Part shown: piece by piece, positions 39,067 to 49,270 of the stretch
How the letters are laid out: every line of letters starts with the position of its first letter
Position numbering within the stretch: the stretch's first letter is position 1
From: a virus
Taxonomy: Duplodnaviria; Caudoviricetes
DNA length: 64,000 nucleotides
Virus record (IMG/VR): IMGVR_UViG_3300022848_000005
Direction: 5' to 3' (one strand)
Translations under genes and position numbers: made by a program
Notes under the pieces: generated by a model
The model's database searches: none
Seen by the model: the letters and a program-made list of their open reading frames with translations, nothing else
What the model was told of the DNA's origin: nothing

Positions 39067-39528
39067 TTGAGGATAAAAGTGAAGTACCTATTAATGTTTT
39101 TATTTATGGCCTCAGTGGCATCTGCAGACAATTTAACGTTTAATTATAAGAGCCCTGCGTTTACAGGAAACGGGTATAGTGCGCATGTGCTAACTATTGA
39201 ACAGTTAGAGTCTAATAGAAGAACTGAAAACGATAAAAAAGCAAAGGCTTCGTCTGATGAATCAGAGCGAGATTTGCGAGCCACAAATACCTGGAAGTTT
39301 CAGAATAACCTGGAATCTAGGATCTACAGTCAGCTCAGTAAGCAAATTAGTGATAGCCTTTTTGGTGAGGCGGCGGCGGCAGCTGATGCTGAAGGAATAG
39401 TAACAACACCGTTTGGTGACACAGTAGCATGGTCTCGTATTGATGGTGTTATATCTGTAACAGTGTCTGACAGTAATGGGTCGATATTATCCACATTTTC
39501 TGTACCTGTAGGAGACTTTTCTTTCTAA
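39067..39528 (+). CDS. csgF: Curli assembly protein CsgF-like
   Basis: Signal peptide, LTFNYKSPAFTGNGY..H.L..EQ, FQNNLESRIYSQLSKQI. Confidence 0.75.
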   Translation: MRIKVKYLLMFLFMASVASADNLTFNYKSPAFTGNGYSAHVLTIEQLESNRRTENDKKAKASSDESERDLRATNTWKFQNNLESRIYSQLSKQISDSLFGEAAAAADAEGIVTTPFGDTVAWSRIDGVISVTVSDSNGSILSTFSVPVGDFSF

Positions 39529-39529
39529 T

Positions 39530-40420
39530 ATGAAAATCTTGATGATGTTAATGGCAACACTGTTAGTTTCAGGATGTGCAACTGTCGCTGGTAAAACATC
39601 CTTTGAAGCACCTACAATTGTACAGAGCCAAGACGAAATGTTTTATAATATCCCGCCTCCTGCACAAGGACCTATATACATTGCTGTTTATTCGTTTGAA
39701 GACAAAACAGGTCAACGTAAACCCAGTGAGCGTTTTTCAAACATATCTACAGCAGTAACACAGGGGTCGGTTGAATGGGTAATTAAAAGTCTTAAAGAAG
39801 TAGGCAACGGTGAGTGGTTTAAGGTTATTGAGCGTGTTGGCTTAGACAACCTAACTAAAGAGAGACAGATTATTAGGCAACAAAGACAAGCAGTTGACGA
39901 TCAAAGTACACTTAAGCCATTAAAATATGCAGGAATTTTACTGGAAGGTGCTATAGTAGGGTACGATAGTAATATAAAAACAGGCGGTAGTGGTGCAAGA
40001 TATTTAGGAATAGGATTACACCAGGAGTATAGGGAGGATGTAGTAACAGTTGCGATGCGAGTTATTTCTACTCAGACTGGTGAGGTATTAGTGGCAGTTA
40101 CTGCTAGTAAGACTATTATAAGTTATGGCACTAGTCTATCAGCATTTAGATTTATTGATATGGGAACACGTGCCGTAGAGATAGAAGCTGGTAACTACAC
40201 AAACGAGCCTACCACAGTTGCAGTTCAACGAGTTATTGACGCCGCAGTAATAGAAATGATTATGCAAGGCAAAGCAAATGGGTACTGGGACTTTAAAAAC
40301 TCAGAGGTCACTGTATCATCTGACAGAATAGAAAATGTGTCAAAACAGCTGTCAGAGGTCGAAATGTTACAAGAAGAGTATGAAAAACAGCTAAAACTAA
40401 TAGAAAAGAACCCACTTTGA
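39530..40420 (+). CDS. csgG: Curli secretion pore CsgG
   Basis: Lipobox LVSGC, AVYSFEDKTGQRKP, STAVTQG, WFKVIER.GL.NL..ERQII. Confidence 0.92.
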   Translation: MKILMMLMATLLVSGCATVAGKTSFEAPTIVQSQDEMFYNIPPPAQGPIYIAVYSFEDKTGQRKPSERFSNISTAVTQGSVEWVIKSLKEVGNGEWFKVIERVGLDNLTKERQIIRQQRQAVDDQSTLKPLKYAGILLEGAIVGYDSNIKTGGSGARYLGIGLHQEYREDVVTVAMRVISTQTGEVLVAVTASKTIISYGTSLSAFRFIDMGTRAVEIEAGNYTNEPTTVAVQRVIDAAVIEMIMQGKANGYWDFKNSEVTVSSDRIENVSKQLSEVEMLQEEYEKQLKLIEKNPL

Positions 40421-40526
40421 AATAGTGCTATGTATTTATTTGTGCAGTATTATTTAAATAGCAATAAGTGTTATATCATCACTATGATCTGATATGTGTG
40501 GCTACATGGCCAAGGGAAGAGGAAAA

Positions 40527-41168
40527 ATGAAAATTTTAAGAACTATTGTAGGTGCAATATTACTGATAACTTGTGGCACGGTTTTTGCGAATGACGTGTA
40601 TATTGATCAGGCAGGTGATAGTTCAACAATCACAGTTATACAACAGAACGGGACTAACACAGTAAACTCGTCGGGAGATGCCGCAACACTCAGTGGTGAT
40701 AGTATTACATTAAGTATTACCCAAGACGGTAATTTGAATAATGCAGACATTGAATTAGAAAATAGCGCAACTTCATCAAATGTTGATATTGATGTTCTGG
40801 GTAGCAGTAACGAAACTAACGTTAGTGTTGACGGTGCATCCAGTACAACTGTTGATATTGACATTACGGGTGATACAAACTGGGCAACAGTTTGTGGATC
40901 TAACGACAGTGCATCAGGGGTTGCAATGACTTGTACAGGCGGTATTACTGACAGTACAACTTCAAATACTATTTCGATAACAGGTGATACCAACGCTGTT
41001 AACATTGAAGCAACAGGTGCAAGTCAAACTAACACAGTAACTATTGGAGCAGATTCGTTAGACCTAAGCGATGCTAATACTGTTGACATCTTAAATGATG
41101 TTACAGGTTCAAATGTTATTCTTAACATCGACGGGCAAGACAACGATGTTGACATCACAGTTCAGTAG
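40527..41168 (+). CDS. Secreted curlin-repeat-like protein
   Basis: Signal peptide (VFA-N); repeated I.Q.G..N and I.I.G..N units. Confidence 0.6.
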   Translation: MKILRTIVGAILLITCGTVFANDVYIDQAGDSSTITVIQQNGTNTVNSSGDAATLSGDSITLSITQDGNLNNADIELENSATSSNVDIDVLGSSNETNVSVDGASSTTVDIDITGDTNWATVCGSNDSASGVAMTCTGGITDSTTSNTISITGDTNAVNIEATGASQTNTVTIGADSLDLSDANTVDILNDVTGSNVILNIDGQDNDVDITVQ

Positions 41169-42243
41169 GACTCTATTTGCTGTAACATTTCTTATATCCT
41201 CTACAGTATTTGCAAAAGGTATAGGGAATGTTACAGAACAAACTGGGCCTGCGGAGATAAGCAGAGCAAAATCAAAACTACCTAGCGAAAAAGGTGCTGA
41301 CATCTTTATGCAAGATGTTATACAGACAGCAAAGTCAAAAGTAGGCATAACTTTTGCAGATAACACCAAAATCCGCATTATCGAACAAAGTAAATTAATA
41401 GTAGATGAATTTATCTACGATCCAGGGAGTGAAACGCCAGGTAAACTAGGCATGAAAGTAGTGTTAGGCACAGTACGCTACGCATCTGGTAAAATAGCAA
41501 AAGACAATGCTGAGAATGTTAACATTCAAACACCAACTGCTACTATTGCTGTTCGAGGAACAGACTTCACAATGACTGTAGACGAGATAGGACGTAGTCT
41601 TGTTATTCTACTACCTAGTTGCCCAACTGACAATGAAGTAGACTGTTATGTGGGGGAGATTGAAGTTCTAACAGACGTGGGTGCTGTTATTATGAATCAG
41701 GCATTTCAGGCTACATTGGTAACTAGCAGTGATTCAATGCCTACTGAACCAACAATTGTTAACATTACAGAAGCATTGATTGACAATTTTCTTATTATTA
41801 GTCCACCAGAAGAAGTTAGGATAGCTCAAGAAGAGCAAGAGCGCAGTAAAGATCCACTAGACAAAGACTTATTAAAATTTGATGATTTAGACACTAACCA
41901 GTTAGACGAAGAAGATGAACTAGCAAATAATTACGAACTTGACATAAATTACTTAGATTTTGATTTCTTAGGCAATATGCTGGACTTGACCACAGTGGAC
42001 TTAAACAGAGACCAATTGGAAACAAACGAGACGCTACCAACAATACAACAGTACAGTTGGATATTATGGTATGCAAACGAAGAAGAGATTTTTATGAGAA
42101 GTGAGAGACCACCTCATGTTGCTGAGATAAGTCTGGAACGAGTTATGGAAGGCAACGTAAATATTACACAGGATGACGTCCCAGCTCAAATACAAGTTCA
42201 AGGTGGTTCAGGAACAGAAATAACTATTATACAGAGTCAATAA
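41146..42243 (+). CDS. FecR-domain exported protein
   Basis: Signal peptide; ITFADNTKIRI.EQSKLIVDEF, GTVRYASG, QTPTATIAVRGTDF; likely start 41146. Confidence 0.8.
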   Translation: MLTSQFSRTLFAVTFLISSTVFAKGIGNVTEQTGPAEISRAKSKLPSEKGADIFMQDVIQTAKSKVGITFADNTKIRIIEQSKLIVDEFIYDPGSETPGKLGMKVVLGTVRYASGKIAKDNAENVNIQTPTATIAVRGTDFTMTVDEIGRSLVILLPSCPTDNEVDCYVGEIEVLTDVGAVIMNQAFQATLVTSSDSMPTEPTIVNITEALIDNFLIISPPEEVRIAQEEQERSKDPLDKDLLKFDDLDTNQLDEEDELANNYELDINYLDFDFLGNMLDLTTVDLNRDQLETNETLPTIQQYSWILWYANEEEIFMRSERPPHVAEISLERVMEGNVNITQDDVPAQIQVQGGSGTEITIIQSQ

Positions 42244-43469
42244 TGTTTAAAAGACTTGTCTTAATACTCTTTAGTTGGTTAATATTTGTTGCTACTCCTA
42301 CATGGGCAGATTTAGATTATACCTCATATTACATAACCTCATATGCACCCAGTCTTGAATTTCCATACTACGATAACGTAGCAGGCTATAATAGTGATGG
42401 ATCGAACTCAAGTCCATCTTATCTAAGCAGTGTACTCAGCACAGGAACGATGTCAGGCATAAGTGGGTATAATTGGGGTAGTGTATTAGACAGTGGTCGT
42501 TCAGATTATGTAGCATTAGAAATAACAGGATACATCACATGGCCAGGCACAGCAGGTGTATCAACAACTGTGTACTTTGGTGTAAGAGCAGATGATGGCG
42601 TGTTTATGAACATAGATGGCACTAACGTAATCCAGGACTGGCAACAACAAGGTGGTGCCACTTGGAATGCTCAAGGTTCTATTACACTTACGGGCGGGCA
42701 AGAATATCCAATTACAGTTTGGTGGTACGAGTGGGGAGGCGGTGCAGAACTTGATATCAATTACAGTTTAACTGATTATCAGTATTCTAATCAAGCAAAC
42801 ATACCCACAAGTTGGCTCAGTACAACTTCTACATCGAGTAGTTCTTCAGCAACGCCATCATATTCTTCTGGGCCAACTTCTGCACAACAAACTAGAATAA
42901 ACTCTAATAGATCAGCTATAAGTTCAGGCTCTAGTAACGATATAGATATTAATATAACAGGTGATAGCAATGATATTTTTATTTCGCAGGCAGGTGAACC
43001 AAGTCTTTTGTTGCTAAATGTTACAGGAAACCTTAACGACATCGACATAGATCAAGATGCTAGTACGTCAGCAACCAGCTATGGGCATTATACAGAAGCT
43101 GAAATTTTAGGCGACAGTAATATACTAGACTTAACTCAAACAGGCAGTGGGAACCATACAGCATTTATTGATGTTAACGGAGATAGTAACTCAGCAACAC
43201 TGATTCAGAAAGATGGGGGCAACCATTATCTACAATTGGATTTAATTGGTGACAACAATACTGCTACAATAACACAGCAAGGTGCTGGTGACCATGCGGC
43301 TACTGTTGAACTAACAGAGAGCGGTGGTAGTTGGACATTTAGTCTAGATCAGAACGGCACCAACGATAAAACATATAGTTTACCACATAGTATGAGTGAT
43401 GAATCAACAACAAGCGGAACATGCTATACCAGTGCAGGATGCTCATTGACTGTAACACAAGGCGACTAA
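42243..43469 (+). CDS. Secreted PA14-domain plus curlin-repeat protein
   Basis: Signal peptide; PA14-like RADDGV and YPITVWWYEWGGGA; S/T linker; C-terminal Q.G..N repeats. Confidence 0.7.
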   Translation: MFKRLVLILFSWLIFVATPTWADLDYTSYYITSYAPSLEFPYYDNVAGYNSDGSNSSPSYLSSVLSTGTMSGISGYNWGSVLDSGRSDYVALEITGYITWPGTAGVSTTVYFGVRADDGVFMNIDGTNVIQDWQQQGGATWNAQGSITLTGGQEYPITVWWYEWGGGAELDINYSLTDYQYSNQANIPTSWLSTTSTSSSSSATPSYSSGPTSAQQTRINSNRSAISSGSSNDIDINITGDSNDIFISQAGEPSLLLLNVTGNLNDIDIDQDASTSATSYGHYTEAEILGDSNILDLTQTGSGNHTAFIDVNGDSNSATLIQKDGGNHYLQLDLIGDNNTATITQQGAGDHAATVELTESGGSWTFSLDQNGTNDKTYSLPHSMSDESTTSGTCYTSAGCSLTVTQGD

Positions 43470-43631
43470 ACGTCTTGACTACACGGATCTAGTGTGTTAT
43501 AGTAATGCATGTCTAAAAGTTTTACAAACATTGGAGCAATAAATAGTTGCAACCGGCCTTTTCTGGCATTCAACCCGGTATACAAATTCTGCAAGTCTAT
43601 GTTATAATTACTTTTAATATAGGACATAATA

Positions 43632-44132
43632 ATGAACGAACCAAGACAATACAAGTACGTGAGCACAAAAGAATACGTTGATCAGTTTCCGTGTGCATAT
43701 AGACAATGGAGAGCTGACAGTCACTGCAACGTAATACACGGTTATGCGTTTACAATGCGTTTCTTTTTTGGAACAGACGACCTAGATGTTAGAAACTGGG
43801 TTGCCGATTACGGCGGATTAACGGAACTAAAGCAAATATTACAGGATCAGTTTGACCATACGCTACTGGTTGCTGAAGACGACCCAGAAATAGAAATGTA
43901 CAAGCAACTGCAAGCAAAGAAGTTGGCTAAACTAACTATCTTACCAAAACTTGGTTGCGAAGGCCTTGCAGACCAACTGTACAAATATGTAAATGGTGTG
44001 TATATCCCAGACATGTGGGGGCAAAGCGAAGCAGATAGACTTTGGTGTTACAGAGTAGAAGTACGTGAAACACAAAGCAACATGGCTTGGCGTGAGGGAC
44101 ACAGAGAATGGAACGAGGACTTGTATGAGTAA
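43632..44132 (+). CDS. queD: 6-pyruvoyl tetrahydropterin synthase / QueD
   Basis: SHCNVIHGY, QFDHT, GCEGLA, RVEVRET. Confidence 0.85.
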   Translation: MNEPRQYKYVSTKEYVDQFPCAYRQWRADSHCNVIHGYAFTMRFFFGTDDLDVRNWVADYGGLTELKQILQDQFDHTLLVAEDDPEIEMYKQLQAKKLAKLTILPKLGCEGLADQLYKYVNGVYIPDMWGQSEADRLWCYRVEVRETQSNMAWREGHREWNEDLYE

Positions 44133-44281
44133 TGCAATCACCTTGTCAGAAAATTTGTGTTATGGAAAATGGCTATTGTTTGGGCTGTAATCGTACACAA
44201 GAAGAAATAGCCAACTGGATTAGCTATACAGATGCACAACGTGACAGCATAGTACAACAACTAGAAGACAGAGAAGTATGA
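44132..44281 (+). CDS. DUF1289-like small Cys protein
   Basis: 49 aa, not in the ORF track; SPCQKIC...YCLGCNRTQEEIANW. Confidence 0.7.
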   Translation: MQSPCQKICVMENGYCLGCNRTQEEIANWISYTDAQRDSIVQQLEDREV

Positions 44282-44416
44282 ATCATTTTATTAGTGGATA
44301 TGGATTCGATGAAATTGGACGACAGACAGTTTCATGTATAAGGAGGTGACACCATATTGATTCCGGATGGTGCGTTTCATCGAGTCCATAACACTAGTGA
44401 CGATGGTGTTCTTTGA
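44278..44416 (+). pseudogene. Cupin remnant, 5'-truncated and frameshifted
   Basis: HFISGYG, then in another frame MKLDDRQFHV*GGDTILIPDGAFHRVHN (cupin motif 2). Confidence 0.65.
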
Positions 44417-45534
44417 AAATATCTGAACACAAAATATTTAATTTTGTTACCCCAACCAGTGCAATAAATGTTGCTAGTGACTGGTTAGGCCACGATCACG
44501 TAAACTGGCAGTTTACTGATGATTACACAGAAGCACTAGCACAACCGTGTAAGATTGCTATGATGCCTGCATTGTTTAATTGTCCAGGCAGTTATACGTA
44601 TAGAGAGAAGTTTAAAAAATACGACTTTAGCAAGTTTGATCTGGTGGTGTTAAGTGATATAGAATGTCATAGCCAAGACTATATTATAGAAGAATGCATT
44701 CAACCTGCTGGAATTAAAAACTATCTGGTTGCGGCTGGTGGGGTTACAACTGAACTAACAGACCCCGACTTTATATACAGACCTTGGTGGATGTTTCACC
44801 ATCGTAACCTAAACTCTATTCAAGTGAGTAGTTATAATAAGCGTGAGTTTCTGTTTGATGCGTTATTGGGATCCCGTAAATTGCATCGTAGTTATGTAAT
44901 GGCACGTTTACAACAGCGTCCAGATTTACTCTCAAACTCTATTGTAAACTATAGAGACACGTTTATTAATCATTGGGGAGACAACCCTAAGTACTTGTAC
45001 GATCATGTACGAAAAACACTAGATGGCAAAGAGTTGCTGTGGCCTTACGTAAGCAAAAACTTTACAGAAGAACAACCACAAGATTTAGAACCACATCAAA
45101 TAAGTGAAGTCACACCCTGGGACATATACGAAAAGACACACTACAGTATATGTTGTGAAAGTTTTGGCAACAACCCAGATGACACAAATCCTGGACCTTT
45201 CTTCCTGACAGAGAAGACTGCTAAGATGTTTATGGCGCAACGTATGTTTATAATGTTTGCACCACAGCATACGTTACGATTCATAAAAAGTCTAGGATTT
45301 GAAACTTTTGACTCGGTTATAGATGAAAGTTATGACGACATAGCAGATCCTAGAAAAAGATTTGATAGAGCATTTGACCAAGTTGAATATCTAGCTAAAC
45401 AAGATCCTGCAGGAGTCTACGAAAAAGTTATGTTTATAACACAATATAACTTTTTTATGTTTATGGACCTTATTAAAAAGACCAAAGAAGCCATGCTTAA
45501 CAAGTTGCTACAAAAAATAGATAACATAGAGTAA
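44413..45534 (+). CDS. Glycan-related protein (glycosyltransferase-like), paralog of 37825-39018
   Basis: YSICCES...FLTEKTAK...QRMF...GFETF..VIDESYD. Confidence 0.55.
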   Translation: MKISEHKIFNFVTPTSAINVASDWLGHDHVNWQFTDDYTEALAQPCKIAMMPALFNCPGSYTYREKFKKYDFSKFDLVVLSDIECHSQDYIIEECIQPAGIKNYLVAAGGVTTELTDPDFIYRPWWMFHHRNLNSIQVSSYNKREFLFDALLGSRKLHRSYVMARLQQRPDLLSNSIVNYRDTFINHWGDNPKYLYDHVRKTLDGKELLWPYVSKNFTEEQPQDLEPHQISEVTPWDIYEKTHYSICCESFGNNPDDTNPGPFFLTEKTAKMFMAQRMFIMFAPQHTLRFIKSLGFETFDSVIDESYDDIADPRKRFDRAFDQVEYLAKQDPAGVYEKVMFITQYNFFMFMDLIKKTKEAMLNKLLQKIDNIE

Positions 45535-45541
45535 ATACGTT

Positions 45542-47572
45542 ATGTTCAAAAAAATATTGCTGAGTCCCTGGACAGCAATAATCACATTATTAATATGCGC
45601 ATATATTAAAATGTCGGATCCAGGATTTGTGGAAAGTGTTAGGCTACGTTACTTCGATACTCTAATTACAAGCCAAGAACCAGTACAAAATAACATACAC
45701 ACTGTTAATATAGACGACCTTGCACTAACCGAAATAGGCGCATGGCCCGTGCCCAGAGACTATTATGCAGACTTAATTGTAGACCTATATAACAGGAATG
45801 CAGGGCTGGTTGTGTTAAATGTTCTCATGCCAGAAGCATCAGATCAGGACCTAGCACTAGCAGAGGCAATGGAGTCTTATCCTGTCATACTAACAAGTGT
45901 ACCTAGCCAATGGAGCAAAAACACACCTAAGAAACCAGGTGCAGTGATTTTAAATCCAGAGTACATGAACACAATTATCAACTATCCTGGCATAATAGCA
46001 AACACTGAAGAGCTAGAACAACGTGCATACGGTGTTGGTATTGCTAACACATTACCAGAGATAGATGGTGTTACTAGACGCATTCCATTAGTTGCCGCAG
46101 TGGGCGAAAACTTATACCCAGGCGTACCGTTAGAGATATTAAGATCAGCCGCAGGAGACACAACCTTTCAGATCAAACTGTTTGAATACGGTGTTGAGAA
46201 AATGCGTATACCAGCCTTTGGTACTATAACTACTGATGCACTGGGACGTATCTGGATAGACTGGAGCCAACAAAGTTATAAACATAGTCTAACTAATCTG
46301 CCAGAAGATTTTGGTGGAGGCGTAGTTATTATTGGCCCAACAGCGGCAGGTACTAACCAGCCTGTAGCAACAGCATTAGGTGGCAGTTGGCCACATGAAG
46401 TACAAGCCGCAGTAGTAGGTACAATGTTCAATGGTGTAAACATTGTACGTGCTGATTGGGCAGACGGTGCAGAACTACTGGCAATTGTAGTATTAGGCTT
46501 GCTTGCTATTTTTATATCAAGTTGGACATATGGCTTTGTGCCTGTAATAGCGGTTGTTGTAGGCATTTATTATGCGGCTCAATACTATTACACAGAACAA
46601 CGACTATTGTTTGACATAACAGCAATTATATTTGCCTTGGTGTTAACTTATGTGCATGCATATACAGTTAAGTTCTTAAGCGAATTTTATCAGAAGCAAC
46701 AGATTAAGAAACAGTTTGGAACTTACATCAGTAAAGAGCTGGTAGCAGAATTACAGAAGCATCCTGAGAAGATGCAGTTAGGTGGTGTTACCAGAGTCAT
46801 GACATTCTTGTTTTGTGATATCAGAGGATTTACCCCTATTAGTGAACAGTATAAAACAGATCCACAAGGTCTAACACGACTTATTAATAAGTTCTTAACT
46901 CCCATGACTAACATAATTATGGAGCATAGGGGAACCATAGATAAGTATATGGGAGACTGTATTATGGCGTTCTGGAATGCGCCACTGGAGATAGAAGGTC
47001 ATGAACAAAAAGCAGTACTGGCGGCGCAAGACATGGTTGATGGAGTTAGGCGACTTAATGAAGAACTATCCAAAGATAATCTACTACCTATTAATATTGG
47101 TATTGGTATTAACACTGGTGCCTGCGTCGTGGGTAATATGGGTTCTGATCAAAGGTTTGATTACAGTGTACTCGGTGATGCTGTCAATCTTGGAAGCAGG
47201 CTTGAAGGCCAATCCAAATCGTACGGAGTCATCACAATCATTGGTGAAGAAACAGCAAAGTCGGTAACCGACACACAATTAATCGAACTAGACTTAATTG
47301 CTGTTAAAGGCAAAGAAGATCCAGTAACAATATACACTCCTGTAACTTCATCATTTGATGTCGAGATAAAGAAACATCAGGAGTATCTCGACGCATATAG
47401 AAACAGAGACTGGAACGAAGCTAAGAGGATTGCTGGCGGTAATAAGTTGGCCTTTTCAGGAGAACTTGAACAGTATTATGTGTTAATGAGCGAGCGTATT
47501 ACGGAACTTGAAAAGTCTGACATTAACGACTTAGAGATCTGGGACGGAATTTTTAGAGCGCAAACTAAGTAG
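45542..47572 (+). CDS. CHASE2-domain class III adenylate cyclase
   Basis: N-terminal TM, CHASE2 (IDGVTRRIPL), three TM, FCDIRGFT, IDKYMGDCIMAFW, GNMGS..RFDYSVLGDAVNLGSRLEG. Confidence 0.92.
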   Translation: MFKKILLSPWTAIITLLICAYIKMSDPGFVESVRLRYFDTLITSQEPVQNNIHTVNIDDLALTEIGAWPVPRDYYADLIVDLYNRNAGLVVLNVLMPEASDQDLALAEAMESYPVILTSVPSQWSKNTPKKPGAVILNPEYMNTIINYPGIIANTEELEQRAYGVGIANTLPEIDGVTRRIPLVAAVGENLYPGVPLEILRSAAGDTTFQIKLFEYGVEKMRIPAFGTITTDALGRIWIDWSQQSYKHSLTNLPEDFGGGVVIIGPTAAGTNQPVATALGGSWPHEVQAAVVGTMFNGVNIVRADWADGAELLAIVVLGLLAIFISSWTYGFVPVIAVVVGIYYAAQYYYTEQRLLFDITAIIFALVLTYVHAYTVKFLSEFYQKQQIKKQFGTYISKELVAELQKHPEKMQLGGVTRVMTFLFCDIRGFTPISEQYKTDPQGLTRLINKFLTPMTNIIMEHRGTIDKYMGDCIMAFWNAPLEIEGHEQKAVLAAQDMVDGVRRLNEELSKDNLLPINIGIGINTGACVVGNMGSDQRFDYSVLGDAVNLGSRLEGQSKSYGVITIIGEETAKSVTDTQLIELDLIAVKGKEDPVTIYTPVTSSFDVEIKKHQEYLDAYRNRDWNEAKRIAGGNKLAFSGELEQYYVLMSERITELEKSDINDLEIWDGIFRAQTK

Positions 47573-47574
47573 TA

Positions 47575-48357
47575 CTACTTAAACTCTATACTTTCTAATT
47601 CTAGCGGTACTGGGTACGATAGAAACTTGTTTAACAAGTCTAAATTTAACACTTGTCCTATAATCGGATAACCAGTATACAGTTCTATCTTATCTAACCC
47701 ATGTTGCTCTACAAACTCAGGAGCATGTTTAGTAAAATCAGATGTCAGTTTGTCTATATCGGCAAACTCTTCATAATTAATAGTAGCAATGTTTATACCT
47801 GGTTTAACAAACGTATGAAACTTACAGGTTTGACTGATGTTTTTGTAATCGTTTTCTAGGTAAATTTGCAAAGGCCCGTGACCCACAAACGGATTCTGCA
47901 ACTTTAAATCTCCCACAGACATGCTAGTACTAAATTCTATATCGACACTGTCGAACCCGCTATCGTTGTACCACTCTATTTGTAGCCAACCCAACCTACT
48001 AGGTGCTGTGTCGTCTTGTAGTAAATGTAACCCGTAATGCAAGTCGTGTACAGTGTTATCTAGGTGTTCTGGTACACTATCAAAATCTTTGCCAACAAGA
48101 CGTTCTATGTCCTTGTGCATTCGAGCAGTGTTCTCTAATGATAAGTTACTGGCATCCCATGACCAATTAAAATGTTTGTTAACCTGTTCTGCCAGTTCGC
48201 TGAGATATGCAGGTGTAAATTTTAGCCTATCTCGGTAAATGGGGAACTGTTGTTGATAGTTTGTCTGCACTAAATCGTAGTATTTTGTACCAAGTTCGGT
48301 ATTAAAAATGTTACAATGTAAGGCAGGAAAGTTTTTATACTTTATGCTTAATTCCAT
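47575..48357 (-). CDS. Hypothetical protein, paralog of 9050-9940
   Basis: 260-aa ORF. Confidence 0.6.
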   Translation of the reverse strand: MELSIKYKNFPALHCNIFNTELGTKYYDLVQTNYQQQFPIYRDRLKFTPAYLSELAEQVNKHFNWSWDASNLSLENTARMHKDIERLVGKDFDSVPEHLDNTVHDLHYGLHLLQDDTAPSRLGWLQIEWYNDSGFDSVDIEFSTSMSVGDLKLQNPFVGHGPLQIYLENDYKNISQTCKFHTFVKPGINIATINYEEFADIDKLTSDFTKHAPEFVEQHGLDKIELYTGYPIIGQVLNLDLLNKFLSYPVPLELESIEFK

Positions 48358-48980
48358 AAAAAACGACCGTAGTTTTCTCCTACAAATCCAAAGTAATTAG
48401 TTTTATATTTGTTTTGTTCTTTCATGTGTAAGTGATGCCATTCGTCTTTGCGTTTAAGTAGTTGTTTCGCACCATCTTCCCAGTCTGTATTCAGTATTAC
48501 TGGTTCGTATTGTTGTCGATATTGTTCTATCTCATCGTAGTTATCACTGTCATACTCCCAGTGTAATATTTCAAACATGTCACCTTGTCTACTTATGTAC
48601 TCCAAACTAATATCTAGTCCCCATCTAGGACGTTGTTGTAGCACACGATGTATTCTACCGTCTTGTTCTGCTAAACGCCATAATTGTTTTCTGGCTTCTC
48701 CCTGATACCCTCTCCTATATAGTACGTTGCTGTGATTTAACACAACTCCAAACTTAGTTTCTGCCTGGATAAACCAGTCCGCTTTTTCGCTGGGATAACG
48801 TTCGCTGTAGATATCACCTGTATTTGCTTTAACAAGTGCTATCTCTAATTCGACAAGATCAAAACTGTTTGGATCCATTAGGTCCGTGGGATTGTCAGAA
48901 AGCATTGATGCATCACAGGGTTTTGTGTAATATCCCACGGGGTCGAGTGGTTTACTGTAAACCAGTTCTAATGTTGTCAC
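48348..48980 (-). CDS. Hypothetical protein
   Basis: 210-aa ORF. Confidence 0.6.
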   Translation of the reverse strand: MTTLELVYSKPLDPVGYYTKPCDASMLSDNPTDLMDPNSFDLVELEIALVKANTGDIYSERYPSEKADWFIQAETKFGVVLNHSNVLYRRGYQGEARKQLWRLAEQDGRIHRVLQQRPRWGLDISLEYISRQGDMFEILHWEYDSDNYDEIEQYRQQYEPVILNTDWEDGAKQLLKRKDEWHHLHMKEQNKYKTNYFGFVGENYGRFLWN

Positions 48981-49270
48981 TTCTGCGTACTGCCGTCTTT
49001 CTCTATTTCTCTTATCCTGTCTTCATTTTTACGTCTCTGTTCTTCTTCACGCATCTGTAATACAACATTTAGTTTTTGATTGAGCCTAATTAAGTCATTG
49101 TCAAGCATACGAATTCTATCAATCAACGCAATCAGCGTCGTTTGTGCTTCGCTTAGTACAGGCTTAACTTGTTCGGTCGCCCACTTCCAGACGTAAACTA
49201 CAAAATATCCAAGACCAACTGCCGCAACTACGGGAAATCCGTATTGCTTTATAAGTTCTACTATATCCAT
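48977..49270 (-). CDS. Small membrane protein (TM plus coiled coil), paralog 1
   Basis: YGFPVVAAVGLGYFV; LIDRIRMLDNDLIR. Confidence 0.7.
   Translation of the reverse strand: MDIVELIKQYGFPVVAAVGLGYFVVYVWKWATEQVKPVLSEAQTTLIALIDRIRMLDNDLIRLNQKLNVVLQMREEEQRRKNEDRIREIEKDGSTQK

Noticed and set aside
47001-47267. Alternative-frame ORF inside the adenylate cyclase gene
   Set aside because: It lies entirely within the conserved catalytic domain and has no SD or motif support.
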